From assembly GCA_964016885.1 (NCBI GenBank), contig OZ024750.1, positions 4,402,001 to 4,466,000 of the forward strand: DNA of 64,000 nt, written 5' to 3'. Under the pieces are notes generated by a model that saw nothing but the letters and a program-made list of their open reading frames with translations, was not told the DNA's origin and ran no database searches. Origin of the DNA: Eledone cirrhosa (taxonomy: Eukaryota). How positions within the stretch are numbered: position 1 is the first letter of the stretch; each line of letters begins with the position of its first letter. Below are positions 27,068 to 43,499 of the stretch, in pieces. The translations under genes were made by a program, and so were the position numbers.

Positions 27068-27248
27068 TGTGTGTGTTTGTGTGTGTGTTTGTGTGTGTTA
27101 GTTAAGATGTCTTTGCACATATAAGATCGTATATCAGATGAGATGTCGAAAAAGAACCGGGCTCTATCACTTGCCTCAAACAATAATACCTTACCATCTT
27201 AAAAAATACGAAGAGAATACAAGGAATAAATAGTATAATCCTATTTAA

Positions 27249-27471
27249 CCCTTTACCATTTAAACCGGCCATATCCGGCCAGAGTTTTCTCACCTCTTTC
27301 AGTACAAACCGGTCATAATTGGTTGGCCACACCGACGTTAAGGTTGTGTTCTCAAAATAAATAATATCAAAATCTCATAGATTCAATATTGTGTGAGATA
27401 ATTATGTGAGGTAAAGCCTTTTCTGTGAAAATGCAATAGTAAATAAAGAGTATAATGTGATTGCTAAAGGG
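27249..27471. mobile_element. piggyBac-like MITE remnant
   Basis: Left end TTAA-ccctttaccatt, right end tgctaaaggg. The right TTAA is not preserved. Confidence 0.45.
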
Positions 27472-28019
27472 ATCTCGTGAAAATTCATACTTATAAACCT
27501 ACTTTCAAAATTTTCAAAACAAAGTGTTGTGGTGTCGTTCATGTTTTTCTTATTGCTCCTACTTAAGGTCGATTTCTAAATCATTTGGGTGTTCCATAAA
27601 CTACATACTCGTTTTATTTCACATTTATCTAGGTGCCCCAGCATGGCCTCAACCGGATGGCTGAAACAGGTAAAAAAGTAAAAGAGTTTATTTTAACCTG
27701 CAATCCATGTTTCATTTCTGTTACACCTCATTTCTCCCCCTCCTTGGTTGACCAAATGCTTTGCTTAATTGTTTTATTTATTTTTTAAAAAAGTTTATCG
27801 TAGACTGACTATGAAAGAGTGATGCTAGAACTGTGAAATCTTGCATACATTAATTTCAACTCTTCTCATTAATAAATGCATTGCTTCTGTCAAGGAACTA
27901 TGTTGAAAAATATGGTAATTCCATGAGAGTACCTATATATATATATATTTTCCAGTGTTGTCTACCCATATCAATATGTCAATATGATTAATATATATAT
28001 GTCAATATATTTATATACG

Positions 28020-28320
28020 GGATGCGAGGATGTTAGTTCGATTCCCAGACCGGGTTGTGCGTTGTGTTTTTGAGCAAAACACTTTATTTCACGTTGCTCA
28101 GTTCACCCATCTGTGGAAATTAGTTGCGACATCACTAGTGCCAAGCTGTATCTGTCATAGCCTTTTCCTTGGACAACACAGGAGCGTGGAGAGGATAGAC
28201 CGGTATGTATGGGCGACAGCCAGTGCTCCACAAATACCTCCACAATACCTTGCCTGTACTTATACCTTGTTGCACCTTTCTCGGTACAAACTCCATGTTC
28301 ATTTGTGACTGAAAGGGTGT
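28020..28320 (+). mobile_element. CORE-type SINE, older subfamily
   Basis: gttcgattcccagaccgg...tgagcaaaacactttatttcacgttgctc...gccaagctgtatc. Confidence 0.7.
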
Positions 28321-28372
28321 ATTTACCCTTTACCCTTTACCATTCACCCATGTCCTCTAATACCTAAATAAT

Positions 28373-28545
28373 TGTTTCTACTTTTGGCACAAGGCCAGCA
28401 ATTACCCCAGTGCATTACCGGTACTTTATTTTATCGACCCCGTAAAGATGAAAGGCAAAGTTAACCTCGGCGGGATTTGAACTCGGAACATACTCTATGC
28501 TGCACAGCAGGGTGTCCGACGCGCTACCGATTCTGCCAGTCCACC
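28373..28545 (-). mobile_element. SINE A, full length with TSD
   Basis: 21-bp TSD gtcctcta(a/t)tacctaaataat at 28352-28372 and 28546-28566. Confidence 0.88.
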
Positions 28546-29047
28546 GTCCTCTATTACCTAAATAATGTTTATACTCTTGCTTAACCTCGAAGATGTTATA
28601 TAAATATGTGGACAAGCCCACGCAATTAATGTTCTCTGTTCTTTTTCTCATGGACAATATGTACATTTACTTGTCTAACAAGCCATATTAAAAACATGTA
28701 TAGACATTTTTACTCTCCTAGTGTTCTCATGAAGTAACTCACGTTATAAATCCCCCGTTACAAAGCTAACAACAGGCTTTGAAATATCTAACTGAAAACT
28801 GTTCTGATTACAACACATGTCAGCTTTTCCTTTTAATTAGCGTCGATTGTTCTGTTTATACATATTTATATATACATACAGGCTTACATACAAACATACA
28901 CGCATGTATGTATGTATGTATGTATGTATGTATGTATGTATGTATGTATGTATGTATGTATGTATGTATGTATGTATGTATGTATGTGTGTATGTATATA
29001 TATATATATATATATAGATACATACATACATACAAATTTATTATTAT

Positions 29048-29170
<123 letters not shown>

Positions 29171-29176
29171 ATATAT

Positions 29177-29237
<61 letters not shown>

Positions 29238-31023
29238 TATATATATACATACACACACACACACATATATATATATACATATATATAGACTATGTTTACT
29301 TTGCTCCATCTAAAAGTTGTTTGTGGTTTGTTTATTAATACAATATCAAAAAGTGATTTAGTACTCTTAATATATCAGTTTTCTTTAGCAATTCCTAACA
29401 GTGGAAACTACATAATGTTTTTCTTACAAACTTCTTTTAAAAAAAGTCCCCTGTGTAGGCGTGCAGCTAGGTTTTTATATATCTATATATCTATTTATTT
29501 TTTATTGATTTATATTTATTTTTATTTATTTATTTATTTTTATTTATTTTTTTACTTAATTTTTATTTATTTATTTTTTATTTATTTTTATTTATTTTTT
29601 TAAAGTTTAATTTTACCAAAATGTTGGTCTTTGTTGTAACCTGTTATAATCCCACAGTAGATTTCAAACTTCTGAAAATTCGCAACACTGCAAAACTTTT
29701 ACTGACAACTTTTGTTTTTATATATTTCACACAGAAGAAATAAACAATTGTGAAATCATTGTATTTGACATCTGTTTTGAAATTGTTTCAATGTCCTATT
29801 TATATCGGACATGTTTAGAAGTGTTCAATGGCTGCAACTTAGCATTTACGAGTGTTTAGCCATTAACAGACTTAGTAATAATCACATTTGCTTTTTATAT
29901 CATTTTATATTTTTTCTATTATTTTCTCTTCTTTAAACCAGTATTAATGGTCATAGTTTTACTTTCTTCTTCCTCTTTTTATTTTGTTAAAAAATTATTT
30001 AATTTATTTTCTGTTATGTATCGTTTTATGCAGTTTTCAATTCCTCTTCCCAACCTCAACCATCTTTGCAATTCTAAACTAACCACGATGTCCCTGAACT
30101 AAAAAAAAATCATTTATGAATAAATATAGTTACCACTCCTTTAGTATTGATAGGGCGTTAATTTTCTCCTTGTACCTACATATTCTCATACACCGGCACA
30201 CCGATCTATAAATACACATGAACACATCTATGCACAAAAATAAATACATAAGTACTGAATTAAAACCACATGAAAAGAGACGGAAAGAAAGAAATATGAG
30301 TAGCCATAGATATATTTTTCTCTATTCCGTCTGTGGAACAAATCCACAGCCTTCAAAAATACACGCGAGCACAATTGCAGTTAAATATGCTTTCTATTAC
30401 TCTATATACCAAATACTTTTCTACATACTGTAAGTAATCTTATAAGCTAATAAATTTGATGAATTGCTGCCGTCTTACAAAGGAGAAAACGCATGCGTGG
30501 GTAAGATAAAAGGGCGGGAAATGTCTGAGAAAAAAAAATAATAATGTTTGTCATTTTGTAAAATAATATGTCACAAAGTGGGTGGTTTTTCTGTTTTACA
30601 CTGTTCAATAGGAAATTTACGTAAAACTGAAGTAATAACATAAAATAATAATGAAAAAAAAAAAGACCAAACAAACATTTTTTTCCCCTTTTTGCCAATG
30701 TGTTTATTTCTGGAAAATGATTAATTTTCAGCGTCCTGGGAAATATCATTTTCAGCCATGTTACCTTAAAAGCGCCTTTTAAAACGATTTTGTTACATCC
30801 CTACTCTTATCTTGTTTAATTTATCGCCTAATATGTTCCGTGGAAACACTTTAACAAAACACCATCACTGTTTTGTATGAAAACATATGTGCTTATTAAA
30901 TAAACCAGCTACAGGATATGTTATGTTCGATACTCGTTTACAGATCTTAATTCTTGAATGTTCTGATTGTAGTATGCTATAAAGTTGGGTATCTTAAGCA
31001 AAGAAAGAGCCATGCTATATATA

Positions 31024-31109
<86 letters not shown>

Positions 31110-31113
<4 letters not shown>

Positions 31114-31230
31114 CAAAGAAAGTGTGGTAAGAAACCAGGTGGACCATAACGCACACCAGAGTACTTGATACTTAGGGTAACAGAGTGGGTAATAGGATCT
31201 AGCTGTTGAAACGACTGAGCTGACTCTTTT

Positions 31231-31232
<2 letters not shown>
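31110..31232. mobile_element. Family D fragment with internal inversion
   Basis: 31110-31196 matches the family D tail, and 31195-31232 is the half-HHR part in the opposite orientation. (TA)n lies on both sides. Confidence 0.6.
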
Positions 31233-31312
<80 letters not shown>

Positions 31313-31539
31313 CGGGGTCATTTAAATGTCTCAATCAGGTTAACTCCTAACTAAAATACTTACATCATCGAATCTGATGAAAGTATTCTTTTCCAAACAA
31401 CCAGAGCCTTACATATCTGCCAAAGATTAGATATTATAAACTAGACTATAGTTACAAGGGAGCAACAAATTATCCTCAGAGGGTAACCTGTTCACTGTTC
31501 CGTGTAAAGAAAACTGCTTCTATTTAATATGGTCTGGTA

Positions 31540-31690
31540 TGGTCCCATTACTCCAGATGGGGTCCTAGGGGCATCGCAGTGTCATGTGACATTTCTAGAA
31601 CATTTTAAAACCTAGCGTAGCCCATCCCTCTCCAGATCTGAATATAGCATATTTCTTCCAGAGATGGATAGAGAATGAAAGAATAGTACT
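31540..31690 (-). mobile_element. Extended tail of the long SINE A variant
   Basis: ggtcccattactcc...cccatccctctccagatctgaatatagcatatttcttccagaga matches 16565-16700. Confidence 0.55.
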
Positions 31691-32026
31691 TAGGTCTGTC
31701 GTCAGTGTGTATGACGTAAACCAATTAAGTACTTAATTGGAGCTAATGTCCTCGCAGACGGTCCGAGAACCACGCCTTACGTTCTGGTTTTGACATATAC
31801 ATCCCACACACTCACTCACTCACACACATACATATGTCTATAAATATAAATAGAAGGGAATTTGATCACAGCAAGTCTTGGTAAAGATCTTAACCAGGCT
31901 AACTCCATACTAAAGTATTTACATTATAAAAACTCGTGGAATGATGCCCTCCTTAGCCATGCACTTGCATATGTCATCAAGTTTATATGCAATGTATGTA
32001 CATTATATATATATATATATATATAT

Positions 32027-32158
<132 letters not shown>

Positions 32159-32159
32159 C

Positions 32160-32340
32160 AGAGAGAGTGTGGTAAGATACCAGGGGGACAGTAACCCTCC
32201 AGAGTGCTCGATACTTGGGATAGTAGAGTGGGTAATATGAAAAGATTCAGGCCTCAGACGGCTGAGCTCCGGCCGTTTCGACAGTAGGTCTCGCTGTTGA
32301 AACGGTCGGAGCTCAGCCGTTGGTGTCCTAAATCTTATCA
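32160..32340. mobile_element. Family D element with fold-back palindrome
   Basis: Same layout as 13203-13392, with imperfect arms and (TA)n flanks. Confidence 0.7.
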
Positions 32341-32998
32341 TATATATATATATATACAAACATACATACATCGCATCAATACATATACATTACACAAAAA
32401 TGTTGATATTGCTGACATAATAATTTCATAATTCCCGAATCAACTCCTCTCGAGTATAACACCTGCTTTATGGTTGATGTTGTAAAGTTCTTAGAGACAA
32501 AAAAAAAAAAAAAAGGTTTGAGATATCACACGAGCCCTAAATGATCGTCCCTACATGAGGTACTCCCACGTTGAGAGAGTTATTTTGTATTCAAAGGCCG
32601 TGTTTATCCGGCCATAAAATAGACCCATGTTGCTTCAGATGGTATTTAGAGTTTAGTCATTAATCTGCTTCTATCGTACATTTAGTTATATAAAGCAGAT
32701 GCTAGCTCACATCCTCTTTTACAAGTTCAGTTTCCTCTCTGGCACTCTCCTGCTTTTACAGGTTTTGTCATTTGGAAGTAGAAAATTGAGCATAATTTTT
32801 AAAACACGCATGTCAATCTAGAGCTACTGCTGTTACTGCTGCTGCTGTCGTTGCTGCTGCTGTCGTTGCTGTCGTTGCTGTCGTTGCTGTTGTTGGTGTT
32901 GTTGGTGTTGTTGGTGTTGTTGGTGTAGAAGGCAGAAGTGTGTGTGCAAATGTGCGAGCGTTTGTCAACGTGTTTCAGTATATATATATATATGCGTG

Positions 32999-33063
<65 letters not shown>

Positions 33064-33112
33064 ATGTGTGTGTGTGTGTGTGTGTCTGTGTGTCTGTGCG
33101 TGTATATATATG

Positions 33113-33238
<126 letters not shown>

Positions 33239-33360
33239 TATACACATATATACATACATATATACATAAACACATACACACATATACACACACATATATA
33301 TATATATATACATAATATAATATGATTCTCCAATAATTATATATATGTCTGTCTGTCTCG

Positions 33361-33424
<64 letters not shown>

Positions 33425-33461
33425 TCCACAAGTGTTTTTTAGCCTTCATATCATGTCCTCC

Positions 33462-33532
33462 TGTTTTATCTGATGAAAACACAAATATTATTGCATGATG
33501 ATGTTTGTTTTTGAAATGCGCATAATAAAATA
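33462..33532 (+). ncRNA. Minimal type I hammerhead ribozyme motif (family H)
   Basis: Reads tgttttat-CTGATGA-aaacacaaatattatt...gatgatgtttgttttt-GAAA-tgcgca-TA|ataaaata, with a palindromic stem III. It lies in a ~140-bp island between (TA)n tracts. Confidence 0.8.
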
Positions 33533-33562
33533 CATGGAACTCCTTTAACCATCTTTTGATCT

Positions 33563-33619
<57 letters not shown>

Positions 33620-33625
<6 letters not shown>

Positions 33626-33679
33626 AGGTATGACCCCGACGGCAGAGCTCAAGCTGTTTCGACGGCTATTTCTGGACTA
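33620..33679 (-). mobile_element. Family D fragment
   Basis: gaccccgacggcagagctcaagctgtttcgacggctatttctggact inside (TA)n. Confidence 0.6.
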
Positions 33680-34184
33680 ATATATATATATTGTTATACT
33701 TGGGGAGGGTCATATTGTTATAATATTGCCAGAAATAATAACAGAACACACTCACTGTTTGGTTGGTTTTCACTTCTGTATCTTTTATATCTCCATAGTT
33801 AATTTATTTGGTAATCAACGTTTATCATTGATTGACCACCGGTTAAAAATACAGATATAAATACATATATATAGTCTAAAAAAGTTCTTTCGTTGCACAT
33901 CTGCAACATCATCAGTGGTACTATTATATTTCCTCCTGTTGTATTGTATTGTATGTCTACGCCATTTTTATTTTATTTATTTATTTATTTCCTCTTGTCT
34001 CCGTCTGTGCACATATGTATGTGTATGTATGTGCGTGTGTGTGCACATGTGTTTGCGTAGTTAGTGTAGTGTGTGTGTTTTTACTCACTCCCATAAATCA
34101 TTGAGCATTTTATTTGATTTATTTGTTGGTGTTTGGTTTCCTCTTCCTGTGTATAATGGTATTGGTTCTCTTAATTTTCCTATA

Positions 34185-34361
34185 AAATCTTTAGATTTTA
34201 TTCACAGATTCTTTACTTCAGTTGATAAGAAAAAAAAATGTTATTTTTAAAATTTTTGTATTCAAAAATTTTTGTATTCAAATCTTTAGATTTTATTCAC
34301 AGATTCTTTACTTCAGTTGATAAGAAAAAAAAATGTTATTTTTAAAATTTTTGTATTCAAA
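34185..34361. repeat. Local tandem duplication of ~80 bp
   Basis: aaatctttagattttattcacagattc...tttttgtattcaaa at 34185-34266 and 34280-34361. Confidence 0.9.
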
Positions 34362-34619
34362 TATTCAGAGAAACGATAATTCCTGACATATGTACAATAC
34401 CAAGAAATATGTCGGAGAGAGAGCAATCGATTATATTGATCTCATTACTTGATTGGTATTTTATTATATCTACCGGGGGTGGGGATGAATTGTAAATTTG
34501 ATGCAGGTGGTGTTTGAACTCCAGAACTGAAAGTTTAGGAACAAAAACCGAAATGCAATGTACCTGGTGTTTTAACATTTCTGCTAAACCCCCATCCAGG
34601 TAAATAGATAGATAGATGC

Positions 34620-34677
<58 letters not shown>

Positions 34678-34918
34678 GGATGGATAAAGACATAGATAGA
34701 TAAATAGATAGATGGAGAGATGGAGAGATAGATAGACAGAGAAAGAGAGATAGATAGATAGTTAGATATATGGATGGATAGATAGATAAGATCAAAAGCA
34801 TTCCAGTCTTTAGCCGTGATCATTCACTCTTTTACTCTAAACATTGTTTATGTAGGACTGCCTTATTTAATACCTAATGTCTACTCTTTACCTCTCGCAT
34901 TATTGTTTCTAGGTCTAC

Positions 34919-35071
34919 TGCTTTGACGCATAAAGTTACGGCCCTTGGCATTCTGAGTTCAAATCCCGCCGAGGTTAACTTTGCCTTTCATCCTTATGGG
35001 GTTGATAAAATAAAGTACCAGTAATACACTGGGTAATTGCTGGCCTTGTGCCAAAAGTAGAAACAATTATT
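34919..35071 (+). mobile_element. SINE A, 5'-truncated
   Basis: Close match to 14928-15078. Confidence 0.8.
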
Positions 35072-35214
35072 ATCTAATACGTACTTGTCCCTATCTAAAA
35101 CAGTAGGGTGTAGTTTGGGGAGAGACTTATCTGGATGAGCTTACCACGTAAGGATCTCTACAGCCTGTGTTGATGTGTTAGTAGTAAGTTGTTTGTGTAT
35201 ATATTGTTAAAAGT

Positions 35215-35454
35215 CTATAACAACTTGATTTTCTCTTCTAATTCTGTTTTATTCTATGATAATGAGTATCTGACTGATAAAATGACAAGTCAGTCAATCA
35301 TATCGGTGGCCCACCCACAGCCCCGGCGGACAGAATAGAGAAGGCATTTCCCCGGAGGACGGCAAGGGAGACGCGCTGGAAAAGCCCTTCCAACTCGCGA
35401 GGCTCACACCTGCGGCTGGCCAGCTCAGCGCCTATGGTGGTGAGTAGGGAGGTA
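35215..35454 (-). mobile_element. CRE-like (restriction-like endonuclease) non-LTR 3' remnant
   Basis: Translates to TSLLTTIGAELASRRCEPRELEGLFQRVSLAVLRGNAFSILSAG, matching the QRxSxAxxRGNA motif. Confidence 0.7.
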
Positions 35455-36011
35455 CTGGATGAGCTTACCACATAACGGATCTCTGTAGTCTCTAAAACCT
35501 GTATCAATGGTGTTGGCAGTCAGTTGTTTGTATATATATTGTTAAAAGTAGTGAGTTGTAGTAAGATGTAGAGTGTAGAGTGTGTTCAACCCATGAGAGA
35601 ATCTAATCTGAACAAGTATTAGACATTATCAAGAGTTTGGCGAAGTAAATCCATTTGTAACATTTGGTAATCATACTGTAAACCTCATAACATATCAAAT
35701 ATATACACACACACACTTATCTTAACACAGACACACACACACACTTACACATCGGCGCTAAAACACTTGCCCGCACACTTACCCTAACACTCACAACCAC
35801 CACCACCACCACCACCATCACCACCACTACCCCACCACCACAATCACCGCCATCACCACCACCATCACCATCACCACCACCACCACCACTACTATTAATA
35901 CCACCACCACCATCCACAACCACCACCACCACCATCACCACTACCACCACCAGCAACATTTCAATAAATCAATAAGCAATGAACGAATTTAAGAAGGAAG
36001 GATTTAAATAA

Positions 36012-36081
<70 letters not shown>

Positions 36082-36157
36082 GTCTTCTGAAGGAAAACAA
36101 GTTAAAGAAAATTAAAGGACGAGAAAATAATATTAGTAATAATAATAGTAATAATAA

Positions 36158-36220
36158 TAATTGTTTCCACTTAAGGCACAAGGCCAGCAATTACCCAGTG
36201 CATTACTGGTACTTTATTTT
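36158..36220 (-). mobile_element. SINE A 3' tail
   Basis: aattgtttccacttaaggcacaaggccagcaattacccagtgcattactggtactttatttt. Confidence 0.7.
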
Positions 36221-36430
36221 AATAGTAATAATAATAATATTAGTAATAATAGTTTACTTCCTTGAAAAATAAAAAATAAAATCAATAATATAAAACCATG
36301 TAAAATAATAAGTAAAACAAATATATTGGAAATGAAAAGATGATATTTTTTACAGCCGATAATAGTCATCATCATCATCATCATCCTCATCACCATCATC
36401 ATCATCACCATCATCATTATCATCATCATC

Positions 36431-36461
<31 letters not shown>

Positions 36462-36575
36462 ACGTCGTCATCAGCTGCATCAATATCATCAACACCATCA
36501 TCAACATTATCACTGCCAACACCACCACATGTATATATTTATATATGTATATATGTGTGTGTGAGTGTGTGTGTA

Positions 36576-36793
<218 letters not shown>

Positions 36794-36808
36794 AGCAAAG
36801 AAATAACA

Positions 36809-36870
<62 letters not shown>

Positions 36871-36964
36871 GGAAAAAATGAAACGAAATTTCATTTCTCA
36901 CTCTTAGTACGACTGGTACATATATATATATATGTATATATTTATATATGTATATATTTATGTA

Positions 36965-37028
<64 letters not shown>

Positions 37029-37317
37029 CATGCGTATATATATATATATATATATATGTGCATACGTATATATATATATATATATATATATAGATATATA
37101 AATAAATTATCGAGAATCGGAATCTCGGCCCACGAAATAACGAAACACAATCTTCGAAATGCATGGTAAAGGGCTCAATAGTTTGAATAAACCAGAGCTA
37201 TAACTATCGTCTAAATACCAACACATAGAGACAATGCTTAAAATCATTCGCACAGCCGAAAAAACGACCAGGAAAATTCGGGTCATACAAATAATAAATT
37301 AAATGAATGAAAAATCT

Positions 37318-37351
<34 letters not shown>

Positions 37352-37948
37352 CATCCACATACACTCACACACACATATATACATTTATTATATATGTATT
37401 TATTATTATTTATGTATATATTCCTTTTTCTATGAGTTAAATAAATTTCTTACAGATTAAAAATATATGAGCTGACAATTGGTGGTGGTGTTGGTGGTGG
37501 TGGTGGTGGTGGTGGTGTGGTGGTGGTGGTGGTGGTGGTGGTGGTGGTGGTGGTGTGGTGGTGGTGGTGGTGGCGGTGTGTGTATGAGAGGGGAAGAGGA
37601 TGGCAATGGAAAAACAAATGAAATGAACAGAGAAAAATGATTATTTTTGTCTCGTTTTACGTTTTTCTTTTTTTGTTCCCCTTTTACTTTATTTTCTAGA
37701 TCGCTAGGCAATTTTCCAACCGTAAATCGCAGATATTGGGCCATTTTTCCTTATCCTCTCAGCGAAAACACAATATGTCGATATATATACACACTCATAC
37801 ACACACATATATACACACAGACATGCAGAGATACATACATAGATACACATACTATTACAAGTACATTCTCATAAACAAGTGGTGGCATATACTCGTATAT
37901 ACATATTTATTTACATATTTATATTTATATACACATATATATACACAC

Positions 37949-37991
<43 letters not shown>

Positions 37992-38080
37992 TGTATATAT
38001 GTATATATATATGTATATATATATATACATATACATATATATATATTTGTGTATATAAATATGTAAATAAATATGTATAT

Positions 38081-38308
<228 letters not shown>

Positions 38309-38455
38309 TCAGAATTGATCAGGCAGTGTCGTTTTTATTTCGACTTATACATTATTAATTCCCTTCAGTAGACACGACAGTAATGGGAAACTGTCATGGC
38401 TTCAAATGTGTGATTGTGTGTGTGTGTGTACGTCTGTGTGTGTGTGTGTGTACGT

Positions 38456-38488
<33 letters not shown>

Positions 38489-38587
38489 TGTGTATGAGCT
38501 ATTGTGTGTATGCATGTATGTGTAATATTTATTATTACTAAGGACTGTTTACTTCAAAATTTCTTCGATACCGGCGTCTCAAAACAG

Positions 38588-38656
<69 letters not shown>

Positions 38657-38786
38657 TGCATTGAGTACCTTACTTACTGTCGATACACCCGATTGAACCC
38701 GGTGTATGTATATTGTTATATTGTTATATTTATATTGATAGAAATAGTAATAAAACACACTCACTGTTTATGCATGCATACGTATG

Positions 38787-38817
<31 letters not shown>

Positions 38818-38819
38818 GA

Positions 38820-38850
<31 letters not shown>

Positions 38851-38852
<2 letters not shown>

Positions 38853-39094
38853 ACAGCTCACACCTGTGCAGGTTTAGCTGGCCTCCTCCAAGGTATATCT
38901 CGTTGGAGGTGTCTTGGGTAATTTAATGATAGGGACCCCAGTCCCTATCATCTCATTTCTACAGCTGAGTAAACTGGAGCAACGTGAAATAAAGTGTCTT
39001 GCTCAAGGGAACAACGCATCACCCGGTCCGAGAATTGAACTCACAACCTTTCGATTGCAAGCCCAATGCTCTAACCACTAAGCCATGCGCCTTC
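38851..39094 (-). mobile_element. CORE-type SINE (family B), full length
   Basis: Near-identical reverse complement of 61781-62024, with a (CA)n tail. Confidence 0.85.
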
Positions 39095-39523
39095 ATGTAT
39101 GTATGTATATATGTATATAAATAAGCTATAAATAAGCTAAGGAAAATAAAAGAGAGATTTCTGAATATATGCACTGCATGCAACTGTGTTGAATTTAATA
39201 TAAAATGTTGATGAAAGGGTGCCTCAGATAATGAATGTAATGAGGTAGAATGAAGCAATTAGAAGAGCAAAGGCCACTCCAGATACAATATATCAAACGT
39301 AAGACGTCATATGTGTTAGTAGTTATGTCTGTCACACATTTAATATAGTGGCTGTGGCCAGACGGAACTTCGGCTCCGCCATGAACTTTCAATGAAATTT
39401 CATACTGTGAAATTAAGGGAGAATATTAAGTTAATGTAAGTTAATGTAGTATGTTAGGGGACTTATATAAGAATGTTTGCATATACCCAGATGTCACATT
39501 CACGCAAACACACACATGCACAA

Positions 39524-39631
<108 letters not shown>

Positions 39632-39747
39632 GTGTGAGTTTGAGATTGCATGTATATTTCAATGTATTTATGAATATCTGTATGTATGTACGTATGAATG
39701 TATGTAGGAAAGTATATATTTGCGAACGCACGCACACACTCACACAC

Positions 39748-39818
<71 letters not shown>

Positions 39819-40069
39819 CGTGTTTGCAATTGTCTGTAAACATTTACACCAATATATGTTTGTGTGTAGCTTTAACAAGGCAAGACGTGTGGAAAGATAA
39901 ACAAAGTACAAAGCGTTCATTTTACTCACATCTATGTGTTCATGGATATATATACACACATATATACATTCGTGTATACACATACATACATACACATACA
40001 TACACATACACACATACATACACATACATGCACTCTTACACTCACGCATATATACATACACACACACAG

Positions 40070-40179
<110 letters not shown>

Positions 40180-40351
40180 ATATATACGTGAGTGTAAGAG
40201 TGAATGTATCTATTATGTATGTATGTGTATGTATGTATGTATGTGTATATATATTTATATATATATGTATACAGATATGTATATGTATATATAAATATAT
40301 AACAAGTGTGTGTGCAAGCATACTGTTAAGCTAACCCCAAAACACCCACAG

Positions 40352-41081
<730 letters not shown>

Positions 41082-41220
41082 GCTAACATAAACATAATTG
41101 CACTGATACCCACAATGTCAACAGCGATCACGTGCTTCCAATAGAAGTCCTGGCAATACTGCCGCCTTACGTCTAACTAGCCTGCTTCTTTATCATCATC
41201 ATCATCATCATCATCATTAC

Positions 41221-41286
<66 letters not shown>

Positions 41287-41313
41287 CATCATCATCATTA
41301 CAATAATCATTAC

Positions 41314-41346
<33 letters not shown>

Positions 41347-41740
41347 TACCATCATAATCATTATCACCCTCCTCCTCCTCATCATCATCATCATCAGCAT
41401 CATAATCATCACAACCACCTCCATCACCACCACCATCATCATAATCATTTATATTATTATTATTTTCATTATTCTTAATATTTTTATCATTTATTATTAA
41501 TTTTAGCTAAAATAGCGAAAAGTAGCAAAAAAACACTCACACACACACCAACACACACAGGCACACAGACAGACACACACACACGCACACACACACACTC
41601 ACACACACACATACACACAGACACACAAACACACATACACAGACACACACTCACACGCACACTCACACACACACAGACACACACACACAGACACACAGAC
41701 ACACACACACACACACAGTCCAAATACACACACTCACACA

Positions 41741-41782
<42 letters not shown>

Positions 41783-42054
41783 CCAAGCACACACACACAC
41801 ACAGTCCAAACACACACACACACACACACACAGTCCAAACACACTGGCGCCGTCTGTCGACCGCGATGCAAGATAATTGTACGTTGCAGTATACAGGATG
41901 GTAATTCGTACGTAAAGCCACCTTCTGGAAATTTCTCTCAGATGATATCTACTACATCATGTAGGCAGGTTTGGCAACAGGGAAAGGCACTTCTCTTTCT
42001 TTTCTATTATTTTTCACATCATAAATATTTCGTCCCCCAAAGTTTGCTGTAATC

Positions 42055-42645
42055 ATACATACGTATATACGTACATACACAGATGCATGCATACGTACGT
42101 ATGTATGTACGTACATACGTATATACGTACATACACAGATGCATGCATACGTACGTATGTATGTACGTACATACGTATATACGTACATACATAGATGCCG
42201 GCATACGTACGTATGTATGTACGTACATGCGTACATACGTACATACATAGATGCCTGCATACGTACGTATGTATGTACATACATACGTATATACGTACAT
42301 ACATAGATGCATGCATACGCACATACATACATACGTACATACATACATGCATAGATGCATGCATACGTACATACATACCTACATACGTACATATATACAT
42401 AGATGCATGCATACGTACATACATACATGCATAGATTCATGCATACGTACATACATACCTACATACGTACATACATACATGCATAGATGCATGCATACGT
42501 ACATACATACCTACATACGTACATATATACATAGATGCATGCATACGTACATACATACATGCATAGATTCATGCATACGTACATACATACCTACATACGT
42601 ACATACATACATGCATAGATGCATGTATACGTACAAAGATGCATA
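42055..42645. repeat. Compound (TACA/TGCA/TACG) minisatellite with higher-order units
   Basis: Recurrent atacgtacatacatagatgcatgc blocks. Confidence 0.9.
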
Positions 42646-42733
42646 CCTACTTTACTGCAGATATTAATAGACATACATTCACGTACGTTCCTAGATATAT
42701 CTATAAACACGTGCATACATATATATATATATG

Positions 42734-42906
<173 letters not shown>

Positions 42907-43499
42907 AAACGTGCACAAGCACAGTGTAAAAACTTGAGAAGTTTAATGTTTTATTTGTATAATGTAAATAAGGAAACATCTATATATACATCTCTCTCTC
43001 TCTCTGTATATATATATATATATATGCATGGATTGTTGTTGTATATGTAGAATTTGATTGCTAGTTAATATATCGGGTGTTTGTGTCAGAAAAGGTGTTC
43101 TTATGTGCCTCAAGACAGAATCCATATTTCTAAATCTATCTGTGAGACACGCTCACCTTATAATAGTCTTTTTAAAAAAAAATTCCGGAGTCTTAGGAAT
43201 TATATATCGCACACTTGATATGCTATGCTTGGATAAAAGAGGCGGTGGTCACGACTGGAACGACTTTGACCATATTTCGTCTTGGTCATGGCTGAAAAGC
43301 GGTAAAATAACCGCAATATCAAAGGATGCATTATAAAAGCGTTTTCTTTCCTTTGTATGAAAATCATACATGATCCTGACAAACATTAGATCAACATAAT
43401 ATAAGGACATTTTGACAACTTAGTTACATACTTCCTTCAAGATTAGGAAACAATCTCCATAAAGTCTTCTCTTCTGGAATCATCCTTCCATTGAAAGTG

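Noticed and set aside
39240-39260. let-7-like seed tgaggtag (also a miR-34-like aggcagtgt at 38321)
   Set aside because: Only the seed matches; there is no mature-sequence match or precursor hairpin.
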